Shown here in pieces: positions 11,926-24,315 of a DNA stretch of 64,000 nt. Made by a program: the position numbers and the translations under genes. The number at the start of each line of letters is the position of its first letter. Positions within the stretch are counted from its first letter, which is position 1. Source of the stretch: Lama guanicoe (taxonomy: Eukaryota). The notes under the pieces were generated by a model. That model was not told the origin of the DNA. It was given only the letters and a program-made list of their open reading frames with translations, and searched no databases. The stretch spans positions 255,063-319,062 of the forward strand of contig MU053557.1 in assembly GCA_013239625.1 (NCBI GenBank). Direction: 5' to 3'.

Positions 11926-13122
11926 GGGGCTACAGTATGCTTGTGTGGCGCTTGAGAACATTGGTGGAACCTGGAACATCTGGGGAAGGATGTCAGTTCC
12001 TGGAGGGTGACATGAGGTGCACACTGAGTGTCAGACTGGCCCAGGGACTACATACCCCACAGTCACACGCTTATAACATCTTAATCAGGTTCCGGACATA
12101 TCGGTTCATTCATTTCAAAGAGATTTATTTCAGGACCCCCATACTTCTTTTCATCTCGGGCAAGTTGGATTACTCATTCACCACGTACTTTGGAAGAACC
12201 TTCAACCGATGTGTATTTTCAGTACTGGGTTCATGTGTAAGAAAAAAACATATGGAAGGGTTGAAAGGATCATGGAAGAAGAAAATAAAATAGCAAACTG
12301 TGTTTCTCAAGTGTCAGCTCTGTAGTAATGGAGTAGAAAGTATTGGGTAATTTACGGAGTGAGGCTGGAAAACAAACATGAGCAAAATATCAAAATGCTC
12401 AAAGTCTCAAAAGTGAGGGTGCCAATCGTGAAAGAGCTTGAACTGACAAGGAGTAAGAAGGGCCGGAGTTGGGGGTGTGGGGAGACAGAGACAGACATCA
12501 ACACAATAAGCTTTAAGGAGGATGCTGTATTTGAACATGGTACCCAAACATAGGTTTTGAGAAAGTTTGGGACCACTTCCCTGCCTAGCCTCGGAAGAAC
12601 TATGTAGCCTCTTAGTAAAGAGAGAAATCATGGTCTTTATCTTTGAAATTTTACTTTAACCCTGAAAATGTACCCTTTGATCAAAAAAAAAATAGCAAGA
12701 GGAGTTTTCAACAACAGAAACCAGCTGATGAACGTGATTGAAAAACATTTAGGGCTCCACATAAATGTCTGTGAAGAAGATGGTGAGCCTTTGGTAACAG
12801 CTCCACCTCATGAAGTCCAAGCTGTTAACTGCACATACTTTATACACAAAATACTTTTATACAACTTATGTCATTACTCTGAAACTCAGTCTACAGAATC
12901 GTTCCAAGATTTGGTTCAGATTCTTCTCTGTTATCCAAAGCTGAGCCCCTGATTCATGTTGCCTTATCATTTATTTCTTCTGTAGATTGTTAAATCTTTA
13001 ATCTACCTTTTATTTTTAGTTCATCATTTTTCCCTTCTCTGAAGTGTCATTTTTCCAATCCCCTTTCTGGCTTCCTACTACCCCTCAATGTTTAGCTCAA
13101 AAGTCTCTTCTTCAATGAATCC

Positions 13123-13152
13123 TAGGGTTAGGGTTAGGGTTAGTGTTAGGGT

Positions 13153-13187
<35 letters not shown>

Positions 13188-13188
13188 G
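13123..13188 (+). repeat. Interstitial telomeric repeat (TTAGGG)n, about 11 units including TTAGTG and TTTAGGG variants
   Basis: Read directly from sequence. Confidence 0.97.
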
Positions 13189-13284
13189 ATTCTTAAGCAG
13201 AATCACCCATTCTTTGGTTTGATTTCTCATAGCATTTTATACATGTCTTTATAATCCTTTTCTTCATCATCATCATCATCACAT

Positions 13285-13510
13285 CCATCATTTATTGTGT
13301 ACACACTGTGTGTTGAGCACTGGGTTAAACGTATTACATCAATTACATCATTTAATGCTTGCTAGAGTCTCACGAGCTAAGTATTACTATTCCAATTTGC
13401 TGGTGAGGTTAAGTAACTTCCTTCATTTCAGCCAGCTCATAAGAGATGGCATCTAGACCTGAACTTAGTCTTCTTATTCTAGAGCCCAGGCTTTTAAGTA
13501 CCTGCTATGT
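13285..13510 (-). mobile_element. MIR SINE
   Basis: CATTTATTGTGTACACACTGTGTG...GAGGTTAAGTAACTT...TTCTAGAGCCCAGGCTTTTAA. Confidence 0.75.
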
Positions 13511-14584
13511 GGCCACTCATCCCATGCTCCTTGCTTTTGCTGGTGCTACAGTTCATTTGGGTCCACGTGTTTCCCTACCTAGTGACAAGCATGTGCAAGC
13601 CACGCCGAGGTTGGAGGGATGGGTGGATTACAGGACTAGTAGGGAGTTCATCCTTTGGTTCTGTCCACGCTCTAGAAGACAGAAGTATCGGAGTAGTCGA
13701 GGTTGATGACTGAGAGATCACTTGAAGGAAAACACCAGAGGCAGAGTTGGTAGCAAGAATAAAGGATCAGAAATGAAGAAACCATTGAGGGCAATGGAAG
13801 TTGCATAGAAGGCAATGATAAAGCAAGCTGCTGTTCAGGGCAAAATTTAATTGGAGAGAAGGTTTAATTAGATGCACAAAAGAACAGGCATTCTTTTTCC
13901 TTTGGTATCCATAGCGCCTGGCCAAGTATGAGAAACTTCTTTTGATTTCCCAATCATATAAACCTCAAAATAAATCTCTGTACTCTCCTATATATCAATC
14001 CCTCCTTATTTAGGACTTGCACACATTAATATTATAATTCTTATTGCTTTGTATCATTTAAGAATTCACTGCTCCTTGCTGGACTTAGATCTCTTCAAGA
14101 ACAGTGGATATATCTTATTCATCTTTGTGGTCCAATATTTAGAATCACAACTATTGAACTACAGGAGGGACAATGCACAAATGAAACTGAAGCAAGCAAG
14201 CATGTTTTCTACAACATTATTTGTGAAATGATTGACAACATACAAAATGTCATGATTTCCACAGACAAAACACGCAGTGCTTTTCTGGAGAGATAAGGAT
14301 TCATCCAACCCCTGACAAATCCAGACCATCACAGAGAATTTCAGAGACAGTAGGTCATAACTATCCTTCCCCTCTTCCTCCATTGCTCTGGAATGGTAGA
14401 AACACAAACCCTTTCACAGGGCACCTTGACAACTTACTAAGAGGGCCTTGAAATATCTAGAAGGGCATCTTTATTGGAGAATTAAACAAAACAGGCGGAG
14501 TTTCCAGCCCTGAAACAAGTTTTCTCACTACTAAAAACAGCAACTGGTGACTGAGCGAACAATTGATCATTTATTCATATATTG

Positions 14585-15070
14585 CTTCATTCATGCAATG
14601 AATATATAATAAATGCTTTTTGTGCTTGAGGCTTTAAGCTAACCACTAGAGATACAGCCATGAGCCAAAAGAGACATGGTCACTGCTCTCTTACTGTTTA
14701 CTTTCAAGTGAGGGAGACAGTCATTGAGTAATTTTAAAAGAACAAAAACTACTCCTGTGATTACTGCTTCAGAGAGAGATGTATGGGGCAATCAGAGCAA
14801 ATAACAGGGGAATGGGAGGCATGGGGCAAGCGGAATGTAGAGACGTGAGGCTGGGTCTATCTTGTTGGGTACAAGACTATAGTAGGGCTTCTGGTATTTA
14901 TCCCAAGAGTGACGGGAGGGTTTTAAGCACTGAGCCAACATGATTTGCTTGTGCTTTCAAAAGACCACTTTGCATGTGGTGTGGATAATGAGACGGAGGG
15001 GCCAAGGGAGGATGTAAATAAAGACACCAAGGACATGGTTATGACATTGGGCTAAGTGAGAGTCGATAGG
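14585..15070 (-). mobile_element. L2 LINE fragment
   Basis: TTCATTCATGCAATGAATAT...GAGATACAGCCATGAGCCAAAAGAGACATGGTCACTGCTCTC...GGGTTTTAAGCA...CATGATTTG...TTTCAAAAGACCACT. Confidence 0.8.
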
Positions 15071-16659
15071 AATGCAGACCAGGTTTAAGGTTTCTGGAAG
15101 CTGAAATAAACCAGTTTCACTGCTCTGACTTCAAACAGATGCCTCTGAGTTCAACCTACTGGAGCTACTCTTTAAGCAGGTGGAGGGAAATGATGGCTGT
15201 GCCACTGAGAAGAGAAATACCCACCTGTTTGCTTCTAGTTTAGATACTTAAACTTACATCCTTGACCTAATCAAGATTCTTCAGCATGAGGAAAATAATG
15301 GATATTTGAGATAATCAGGGAACCAAACACATGATCACAAAGGTGCAGGTATGGAACTTGATTTCTTTCTACTTTCAACTGTAGTTTATTCACAATTCCT
15401 CTTAGAAAAGGGTAACCCTTCCCCACCAAAAAAAGAAAAAAGTGGGAGTTTAAGATGTTTAACAGATTAAATTAATCCATTCATTTGATCATTAAAATTT
15501 TTTTTACACCTCAACTTTGCACAAGGCACAGGATTAAACCATGATTTGAGCAGGGGCAGAGTCCTATTTGATCTATGGATCCCCAGTGCCTGATTTCTTA
15601 AATTGAGTGCAAAAGGAGAAGAAAGAAAAGCTCATTAACTGCAGAGGAACTTCAGATCAGTGGAAATAAAAAGTAAAAGAATTTGATATCTTAATACTAC
15701 ATGGGAATGGGAAAACATTAGTTGGACTTTGAATCTTTTCTGCTTCAATTTCCAACTGGGCTGTCTGATTTGTAATTTACATTTGTTTATAGTTGTCTGT
15801 GTGCCAGGGCTGGTTTCTTTCCATCTGCATGTGCAAATGTAATAAATTAAGTAGTTATTGGTGCTGTGGTTATCTATGGTATTTCCAGAGGTCTTGAGTG
15901 CAACCATGAAAATAAATACTGAGCTTTTTCTAAAAATTCTTGCATACTGAGAATCGGATGGTGGATCCCAGAGAAACTTGATACACCCAGACTTGTCTTT
16001 CCTCCTCTCCCAGTTTTGGTTTCACAGGGCGGCACTGCTTGGAGGGAAGCACTGGGAGTCTGGGTCTGGGTCATCCACACATATTTTCTGAGTTTGGAGA
16101 GCTGAGTGTGCAGGGAAATGAGGGCTCATAAAGATGCCTATAAGGAGAGAGGGATGACGCTGATGAACGCATACTGGCCAGAATCAATGTTACGAGCCTG
16201 GTGGCTCTGGGGAGCTATTCACAAGGGTGGTGGATGTTTTCTTCTGTTTTATAGCTACTGGAAGGCTAAGGGAACTGACTCAAGGTCACAGAGAAAGTAA
16301 ATTAAGGTTCAGGCTAGTCCCAGATCCGTGACTGCCAAACTACTCATCTCTCTCTATTGGTAAAACTCTCTCCTGAATTATCTTCCTCCTGCAGCCTTGC
16401 TCCTCTCCTGTGTTAACTGCCTCAGTGAGAGGCACTATCATTCATCTTGTGGGCCAAACCAACTCCTCTTGTGCTCAATCTCAAAAGTTTTCAGGCTCAG
16501 GGAGGTGTCAAAGATACATGTAGTGGACAAGAAAGAGGCAAGTAGGTATAGAGAGTCTTTGAACAACTGCAGGCCGTCAAATGTAAATTAAAAATAAAAA
16601 CAAAACGTGTTGTGCTAGTCCAAACTGCTACGCTGGTCTTAACAGCCATCCTCAACTTC

Positions 16660-16960
16660 CCTTCCTTCCTTCTCTCTGCCGTACATCTTTAAGTTTATCC
16701 TTTCCCGACTGAGTCTACCTTTGACATGACTACTACATCCTGCCACTTCTCTCCCTTCCTATAGTCCCTGCTCTGGTTCAGGGTCTCTTCTCTCTCTTCC
16801 TAACTGACCTTCCTAACTCCAGTTCAGCTGCTGTGCTTTACCAGCATCCTTCCACTGCACTGTCCACAACATTATCCCTCAAAAGTCCAAGGGTGATTGT
16901 GTTATTCCATTCTTTATGAACTGGATGGTGTCCCACTGCCCATGGGGTAAGGTGAACCTC
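16660..16960 (+). mobile_element. L2 LINE fragment
   Basis: CCACTTCTCTCC...TAACTGACCTTCCT...CATCCTTCCACTGCACTG. Confidence 0.55.
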
Positions 16961-16967
16961 AGCACAG

Positions 16968-17055
16968 CTGCAGGACCTCGAGCCCCACCCCAGATCCACT
17001 GAGTCGATATCTACATTTTAACAAATTCCCAGGAAAGCTTGAGAAGCAATGACCT
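16968..17055. mobile_element. MER5A-family hAT-Charlie fragment
   Basis: GCCCCACCCCAGATCCACTGAGTCGATATCTACATTTTAACAAATTCCCAGG...TTGAGAAGCAATG. Confidence 0.75.
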
Positions 17056-17988
17056 AGTCTTCCCTGCAGCCTTCCGGCAACACAAAAATCTCTGCTCTCA
17101 CATTTGGCATTTGGTCTTGATCGCTCTGAATCATGACTGGTTGCTTACGTGAACCTATAACAGGAGAAGGCCCTTGATGCTTGCTGAACATGTTACCACA
17201 CAGTAATGCAGAGGCCTGCTATTTAGTATGACATCTATAATAATACGCTCCAGATTAGCTGACCCAATTTCTTCTCTCCTTTGGAGGTTTCAAAAGCGAG
17301 AAAGCTGATTTTCTAGCTTCCCTTACAGCCAGATCCGGCCGTATGACAGTCGTGAGACGTAAGTGGAAGTTTGCTAGTACTTCGCTTTTGCCCGGCACAC
17401 GGTGCAATACTGGAGGCACAGCTCCGTTGCTGCCATGAGGCCAAAAGGCACAGCCCAAGGATGGAGAACCAAGAAGACAGAAAAGTCCGGATTCTCGAGG
17501 GCATCTTTCTGACGCCAAACTTCTTCTCTACAGGCTCCTTATGTGAGACACAAACACACCTTCATATGTTCAAATGACTTCAGTCAGTTTGCTGTTAACA
17601 CATTTCTGACCAGTATGGTGTCTAATCACTCAGAGATTAGACAGTCTCTTTACTCGTCCTTCCTGAGGCTTCTCAAGGTGGAAGAGAATAAGGTGTTAGA
17701 ACAATGGCTTTTATGTTGTCTCCTTTTTTTTTTAAATTCTATTTCCCTAAGTAATTGATTTAGAGTAACATTCACTCCCAATATTCTCCCAGTGGGAAAC
17801 AGGGATATGGGACATGTGAAAGTTACATGACTTGAAATTTTGGAGAATATGTAAATCCTGGACTATCAAAGAAATAAGGCCTTAGGTCAATATTGAAATA
17901 GAAACCTCTTCCTTTGCTCTTCTCAGTATCTTGGCTGTCACAAAAATGGGAGGGGACAGCCACAGGAGGAAGTTTAAAAAATACGAAG

Positions 17989-18068
17989 CGTTATGCTGTA
18001 CACCAGAAATTGACACAACACTGTAAACTGACTAGACTTCAAGAAAAATACATATATATACAAAAAAA
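17989..18068 (+). mobile_element. Tiny L1 3'-end fragment (camelid type)
   Basis: TTATGCTGTACACCAGAAATTGACACAACACTGTAAACTGACT matches the 3' ends at 9555-9600 and 56625-56670. Confidence 0.9.
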
Positions 18069-18972
18069 TGGCCATTGTGATTGTGTTAATAGGAGCTTTG
18101 TAAACACCTCTCTCTCTGAGTCCTGTTTAAATCCAGCCTTACTGCCTGACTCCCAGTTACTGCAGTCTCTCAGTTCTTATATGCCAATGAAGCACCTGGT
18201 ATGAGTCACTGGGAAACACTGTGATGGCCAAATAGGAAAATGTAGTGGTGATGGCCATAGTAAATGGGGTGGAATTTTGCAGCATTAGCCTGCCTGACAT
18301 CTGGCTCCCCAGACTACCCCATAATCTCTCAGTGGTATTTTGACCCCACTATATTGCTGTATGTCTGTCAGAATCTAGCAGCTGCTTCATGGCCCATCAC
18401 CATCAAAACGACCCTCAGAATCCAAATCATGCAAGTTGAGTAGCCTTGGAAACATTATGCATCGCTTTCTTGGCACGTCTGGCCTCTGACCCCCAATCTG
18501 CTGTCTCCTGGAGTCAATCAGGTTACCCTTTTTTATTTTGTAGTTGAGCCCCATCCTACCCACATTCTCAGACTGTCCCAGAAAAGATGGGGGCACAACC
18601 GCTCCAAGTCACAGTAGATGTGTCTGATGTACTCGCCTGAAGCACATTCCTTTGAACACCCTCAATGCAGGAACCTTCATCCTCTGAGATTGAATTCCAC
18701 TTTGAAAACCTCACAAGAGACATTTAGAGATGGGTCTGGTAATCAAGCTGTGTGATCTGGCTTTCGGTGAAAAACCACCCAAATACGGAAACACATGGAT
18801 CAACAAGATCCTCTCTGGGTCTAGCCTCTGAAGACACTGTCCAAAGGGGAGTGTTAACAGGCTTAAAGAATGAAGTAAGACTGGAGCAAGTGCTCACGGG
18901 CAGCCAGAGGCTGCGTTCCCGAGATGTGAAGTTGTGTTACGTCCTTCAGACAACCAGCCTCAATTCTTAGTC

Positions 18973-19163
18973 CATTGGTTCCCAAACTTTAGTCTGCGTC
19001 AGACTCACCTGGGGAGCTTGGTGACACACAGAGGGCTGAGTCCTACCACCAGAGTTTCTCATGCCCAGATGGCTGGGAGGCGGGATGTGATCACTTCCAC
19101 TTCGAACAGTTTCCCAGGTGATGCTCATGTTGCTGGCCCCGGACCACACTTCGAGGGCCACCA
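18973..19163. mobile_element. MER5A DNA transposon
   Basis: TGGTTCCCAAACTTTAGTCTGCGTCAGACTCACCTGGGGAGCTTG...TTCCCAGGTGATGCTCATGTTGCTGGCCCCGGACCACACTTCGAG. Confidence 0.88.
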
Positions 19164-20354
19164 CTTTAACCAAACTTTAGACTCAAGCCAGCTAACTTCT
19201 TGGTTGTCAATGCTGAGGGGTTTTTTTGTTTTTTTTATTTTTAAACAATACAGCCATTACTGTACTCTGATTCTCAATTATCCCAACCTCTCGTATTTTA
19301 TGATTACACTGTTCATAATGTGCGCTGGATCTCAGACAATGCATCACCAGGCACATCGCGCTGGAGATTAAGCTGGAAAGAGAGCACGGCTCTCGGGACC
19401 TCAGGGGGAGCGTGGGCAGGATGTGGAGGCGTTAAGAGTCGTAAGCCATTATGACAATCACTGCGTATGACGGACAACCACCCGTTCTGAACCTTGTCAG
19501 TGAGCTCAGGAAAGGATCTCGTTTGCTCTCAGCCTGTGCAATTTTAGGACTTGTAACTTTTGGATGGAGCCGCTATTCCTCTTGTCACAAGCTTGTCATG
19601 TTTTCCCAGTGTGCGTGACCAGGTATTCCAGCTAGATATCTTCCCCTGCTTTCCTGTGGTCTCCTCCTGACTCACGTACACAACAGCTCACGGTTTCTCC
19701 TCAAGAGTCCGGGCTGAGTTTTCAGTTCCTTCCCCACTTCTCTTTGCCCAGAAAAGACATCTCCCACCAACTGCAAGGTCCCAGTTTTCTGTGTTATCAA
19801 TCCCTGTGGTTTTTGGCCACGTATGAAGATCTGATTTGTCCCTCCAGTAAACCCTGAATAATTCAGACTCTGAATATTCTGTATCTCCTTTAAAAAAAAA
19901 TCATGGTGGTGCTCAGAGGAAAGCTAGAGACCTCAAGGAGGCCAGCTGCCTTTCCCCACAGGGCACCGCCCCCTGGCTGCTCTTCTACCCGCCCAGCCCA
20001 CCTTTACACGCAGAGGGCAACGCACTATTTTCCAGCTGCAAAGAGGCTGGAGCACATTCTTTACTCTTAGACAGTTGGGCAGAGAGGAATAACATCAAGT
20101 GGGAACTTCCAATCCTCCCCCTTCCTCCTCCTGCTCCTTCTCCGATTCCTTCCCATGGAAAGCCCTGGATCACGAACTCCCCACCTACAAAGCCACCTGC
20201 CTCCAGGAAGGGGACATTAAGCACCAGAAAACAAGGCATGTTTGATGGAGATTTATCAGCACAAAATGGGGAGGGGGGGAAATGACCCTTGTGTGACAGT
20301 TTCTTTCCTTTTATCCTTGCAGGTCAGGGAATTGCAGACGCCGGACTCACTCAC

Positions 20355-20425
20355 CTTAATTTGGGGACCCGTAATGTGCATTGAGTGCTCTGAAGAGCGC
20401 TGAGCACCCACCAGGTTTATAAATA
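20355..20425 (-). promoter_or_regulatory. Candidate TATA core promoter with 37-nt first exon and splice donor
   Basis: Minus strand: TATAAA (20421-20416), initiator-like CA with A at 20391 (30 nt from the first T), then AAG|GTGAGT donor at 20355/20354; motif evidence only. Confidence 0.35.
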
Positions 20426-22123
20426 CTTGCATCCGTAATTGTCCTTGGGTAGGACCTGCTGGGTTGAGTCTCCCTGGGGCCACTTTCCCCCTCTCCCCAG
20501 TAAGGAGCTGCTGGGGTTAACAGGTTTTATTTCCTCCACTTGGTGGCTAATGGGTGCTCCTTTCCCGCCTGGTCACATCTGTCCTTTAAAACAGCACTTC
20601 TCGGGGCCCCAGCCTGTCTGCCCATCCCAACTGCTAGTGACCCAAAGGCCACCTGCCCAAGAAACGGTCTGAATTAATAAGGCTCATAATTCCGCACTGA
20701 CTGCCGGCCCTTAGTGTTCTCTCTGAGTCTCTCCTCTTTTCCTTACTTCTCCTTTCTTTCCCAGGCCAAAATAAACCCAAACCAAACCCTCCAGATCGGG
20801 GAGTTTCCTGCTGTGTCTGCTGACAGCCAGGGACTGGAGCATTAGGGGATTAGACACAAAATATTGGCTGTGGCATTTTAATGGAGTTGTAACTCAGTTT
20901 GATGGGACAGCTTGGGAACTGTAAAGGCATCTGGAAGTGAGGATACTTGAGACTAAGCATCGTGATCTGTCTTGACGTCTTTTTTTTTTTTTCCCTTCAC
21001 AAGCAAAGAAAACAAAGCTGGCCATTTTTCACCTGTGACAGAAGAGGATGGGAGGGTGCTTCTTCAGAAAGTTTCCTCTCATTCTGGTTTTGACATTGAC
21101 TAGTGGGTTTGGCTTCAGAAAATTCCAGATGGATGATGTTGGATGAATTTCCCCGGGGGTAAGGAAGGGATTTTTTTTTTTCTGAAGGATGTATTTTGGC
21201 GATTAGCACTCCTACCCAGATTGGAGGCCAGTCCTAGGACCTCAGATGAAGATGTTTTGCCTTCAAGAGGCACTGTGTGTCCACCTCCCTGGCTGGGGCC
21301 TTCTCTGGTGCAGCCCTTCATTGAAGTGCCCACACACATTAGTACCTCTCAGCAGGCTGTGGTCGCTGATGTGTGCATATGAACCTCAACACACACTTCA
21401 GTGTACAGCTGTGTGCAGGCCCCATGATTTTACTTGGCTTTATTTCAGTTAAAGTCTGATCCTCAGTGCCTGTCCTACCAGCCAGCATGGGAGGAAGGCT
21501 AACCTCAGTCATGGCAAGGGCCCTCCCCTTCCATGGGTAACGCAGGGGCTAAAATCATGTCCGGTCAGCCGTGTGTCGTACTTGCTGCTGACATCCTCAT
21601 CATCCAGTCCTCGAGTTCTCTTCCAGTCTGGTAGTCGATTTTTGTCTCTCACTCGCGGCATGGGAACTGTGCCGAGGCTGGAGAACACTGGCCCAGGGTT
21701 GGCCTCCTCAGGTGTTCCAGGCAGCCCTCCCCTCCCAAGTCCTACCAACTCCTCAAGGTGGGGTAAATGTGCGGCACTGAATTCGGGCTTTTCCATGGCC
21801 ATCTGACTTTCCCCTCTCCAGGGTCAAAGACCTATCTCCTTCCATTTACCTCATTCTCAAAAGCATTCCTCCATCTGCCCCTCTTCATTTCTGAGGATCT
21901 TTAGCACCATCTCCTCAGAGAACTTCAACTTTTCTGAGACAGGAAGGGCCCTTGTCTTCAAAGGGCTTCTGTTTTTTTTTTTTTTTCCTGCCCTGGAAAT
22001 CTCTGAGGCAGGGTAATAGTAAGGACCCCTCAACTTGCTTGCAATCAAAAAGCTGGGGGAAGGGCCCTGAAAAATGTGCAGAGGGGAAAACTGAAGTAGG
22101 TTCAAAGTAATGCTGGATATATC

Positions 22124-22652
22124 TAAGAAGATGTGGCATACATATCTATATACTACATGTAAATATATATCATATATATATACACAGACGTATTTACACA
22201 ACAGAATACTACTCAACCGTACATAAAAAAAAGAAATTTTGCCATTTGCAACAACATGGATGGACCTGGAGGGTATTATGCCTAGTGAAATAAGACAGAG
22301 AAAGACAAATATTGCATGTTATCACTTATATGTGGAATCTTAAAAAATGAAACAAATGAATGAATATAACCAAACAGAAATAGACTGACAGATACAGAGA
22401 ACAAACGAGAGGTTACCAGTGGGGAGAGGGAGGAGGGGAGGGGCAAGATATGGGTAGGGGATCAAAAGTTACAAACTACTGTGTATAAAATAAATAAGCC
22501 ACAAGGATATATTGCATAGCATGGGGAATACAGCCAGTATTTTATAATAACTGTAAACAGAGTGTAGTCTATAAAAATATTGGATCACTATGTTGTACAT
22601 CTGAAACTAATATTGTAAAGCAACTGTACTTCAATAAAACAAAAACAAAAAA
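22124..22652 (+). mobile_element. 5'-truncated L1 (intermediate age)
   Basis: GCCATTTGCAACAACATGGATGGACCTGGAGGGTATTATG...TCAATAAAA plus A-rich tail; degenerate TSD AAAGTAATGCTGGA (22104-22117) vs AAAGTCAGGCTAGA (22653-22666). Confidence 0.92.
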
Positions 22653-24315
22653 AAAGTCAGGCTAGAAAGAGGTGGAATTTCAGCCAGGGAAGTGAACACA
22701 GTACCTAACCGTGCTGACACCTGCAAAATGATGCTACACGTGGAGCAGTTCATCCTGAGGGTGGAGGTGCATGAAAAGATGGAGACATCATCACATCGGG
22801 AGGTGCGGTATTATAGGCACCAAATGTCACCGGAAGGCAAGCTTTCTCCAGGTCCCTCTTGCACACACTATCAAAAATAGCGATGAGAAGGACTAGAAGA
22901 GAAATGAAAGCAAACTGGGCAGGGATTTGGTTGGTGGGGTGATAGCTGGCTTGAAAATGAACGCTGCTATTTTTATTTGGGAGGAAGGGGCTGTTATAAA
23001 GGACTGTTAAATGGAAAACTTACGAAGAATCAAGCAAAACCCAGCAATGAATTGTCCTCACAGGTTCATAAATAATAGCTCATATTTTGTAAAATGTATA
23101 CTACTTGACAGGCGCCATTCTAAGTCTAAAGAGCATCATCTCTAGTTTGTAGATGAAGAAGCTGAGGCTGTAGAGATGCCGTATCAGAGAGCCAGAAAGG
23201 GAGGGGCCTAGACTGGGGCCTGGGACAGCCCAGGGCTCACTGGCCTAAGCAGGTCAAGTGCCCTTTTCCGGACTACCTCTGGGATGAGGTGGTTCAGAGA
23301 CCCTGACTGGGCTTGTTTCTCATTCACACTCATTCCTGCCTTTGGCAGAGGACTGGGAGTGGTGGACTTCTAGAACATCAGGGGTACACTCACCCCCCAA
23401 AAGACGGTGAAACAACAAGTATTCCCCAGCAGAAACCCATTTCACAAAACACAGAGAGAAGCAGCTGCTTGATGGTCTGGCTGTAGTGGGGACCTGGCGC
23501 TTCCCCCACCGCAGCCCTGACCCCCTAGAAGCCCTTTGAGCATCTCTTAGAAGCTCCTATGAACTGAGGAGCCTATCTGGAACCACTGGTCTTAAATCAA
23601 TAAGGAGAATCCAGAAATAAGCATAAAAATTCTTTGAGCAACAAAACAGAGGTCACTGAGTCCACACCGTGAACTTTGGACACTTGACTAATAAGGGAGT
23701 TCCTTAGATCTCACCCAGAAACCATTTTTGGTTTTGTATCAAATAACTTTAATAAGCTTGGTTATCTGGCTCCCCCATTCCAAGCCAGCAAAGTAACCAA
23801 GGGCATTCCCTGGCCCCTGGGATATCATGACACCTTTTGCTGTTCTGCTCTCCCACAGCCAGGCAGCAGGGGTAGAAAGGCTGGAACATAAATGTTAATC
23901 ACGTAGCTCTGGGACCTTTAAGCCTCCTTCAGTGAGTCAAGCACAAATGATTTCACAGTAACAGAGCTGGTGTTCCCAGGATAATTTTCATTCCACTTTA
24001 AACCGTAATGATTCACAAGAGAAGTAAGTACGCTCAGTTAGTGTGGCTGCACAGTTTGGATATTGTCCTTGGCACAATAAAGTGGATCAGAGACGTGCCG
24101 GCCAACTTGGGTTTTGTAGATGGGCTGGGTAGACAGCACAGTGTGGGACTCCCTCCCTTTCTCTCCCCGTTGCCTCTCCCAGACTCACTCGCCTCTCTGC
24201 TTTAGGGAAGGTCATGGTATTATTAGGTATATTATATTATATTACATATTATATATATATTTATATATATTAAATATAATATTTAATAATTATACAAGAA
24301 TTATAATTATTATTA

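Noticed and set aside
12298..12577. Possible hAT-Charlie remnant (a similar hint at ~23370-23590)
   Set aside because: Only terminal-like words seen; could not assign a family without a search
13123..13188. Telomere fusion site or chromosome end
   Set aside because: Short, single orientation (no head-to-head CCCTAA arm) and no subtelomeric context
18934..19371. 145-aa ORF
   Set aside because: Largely a reading through MER5A
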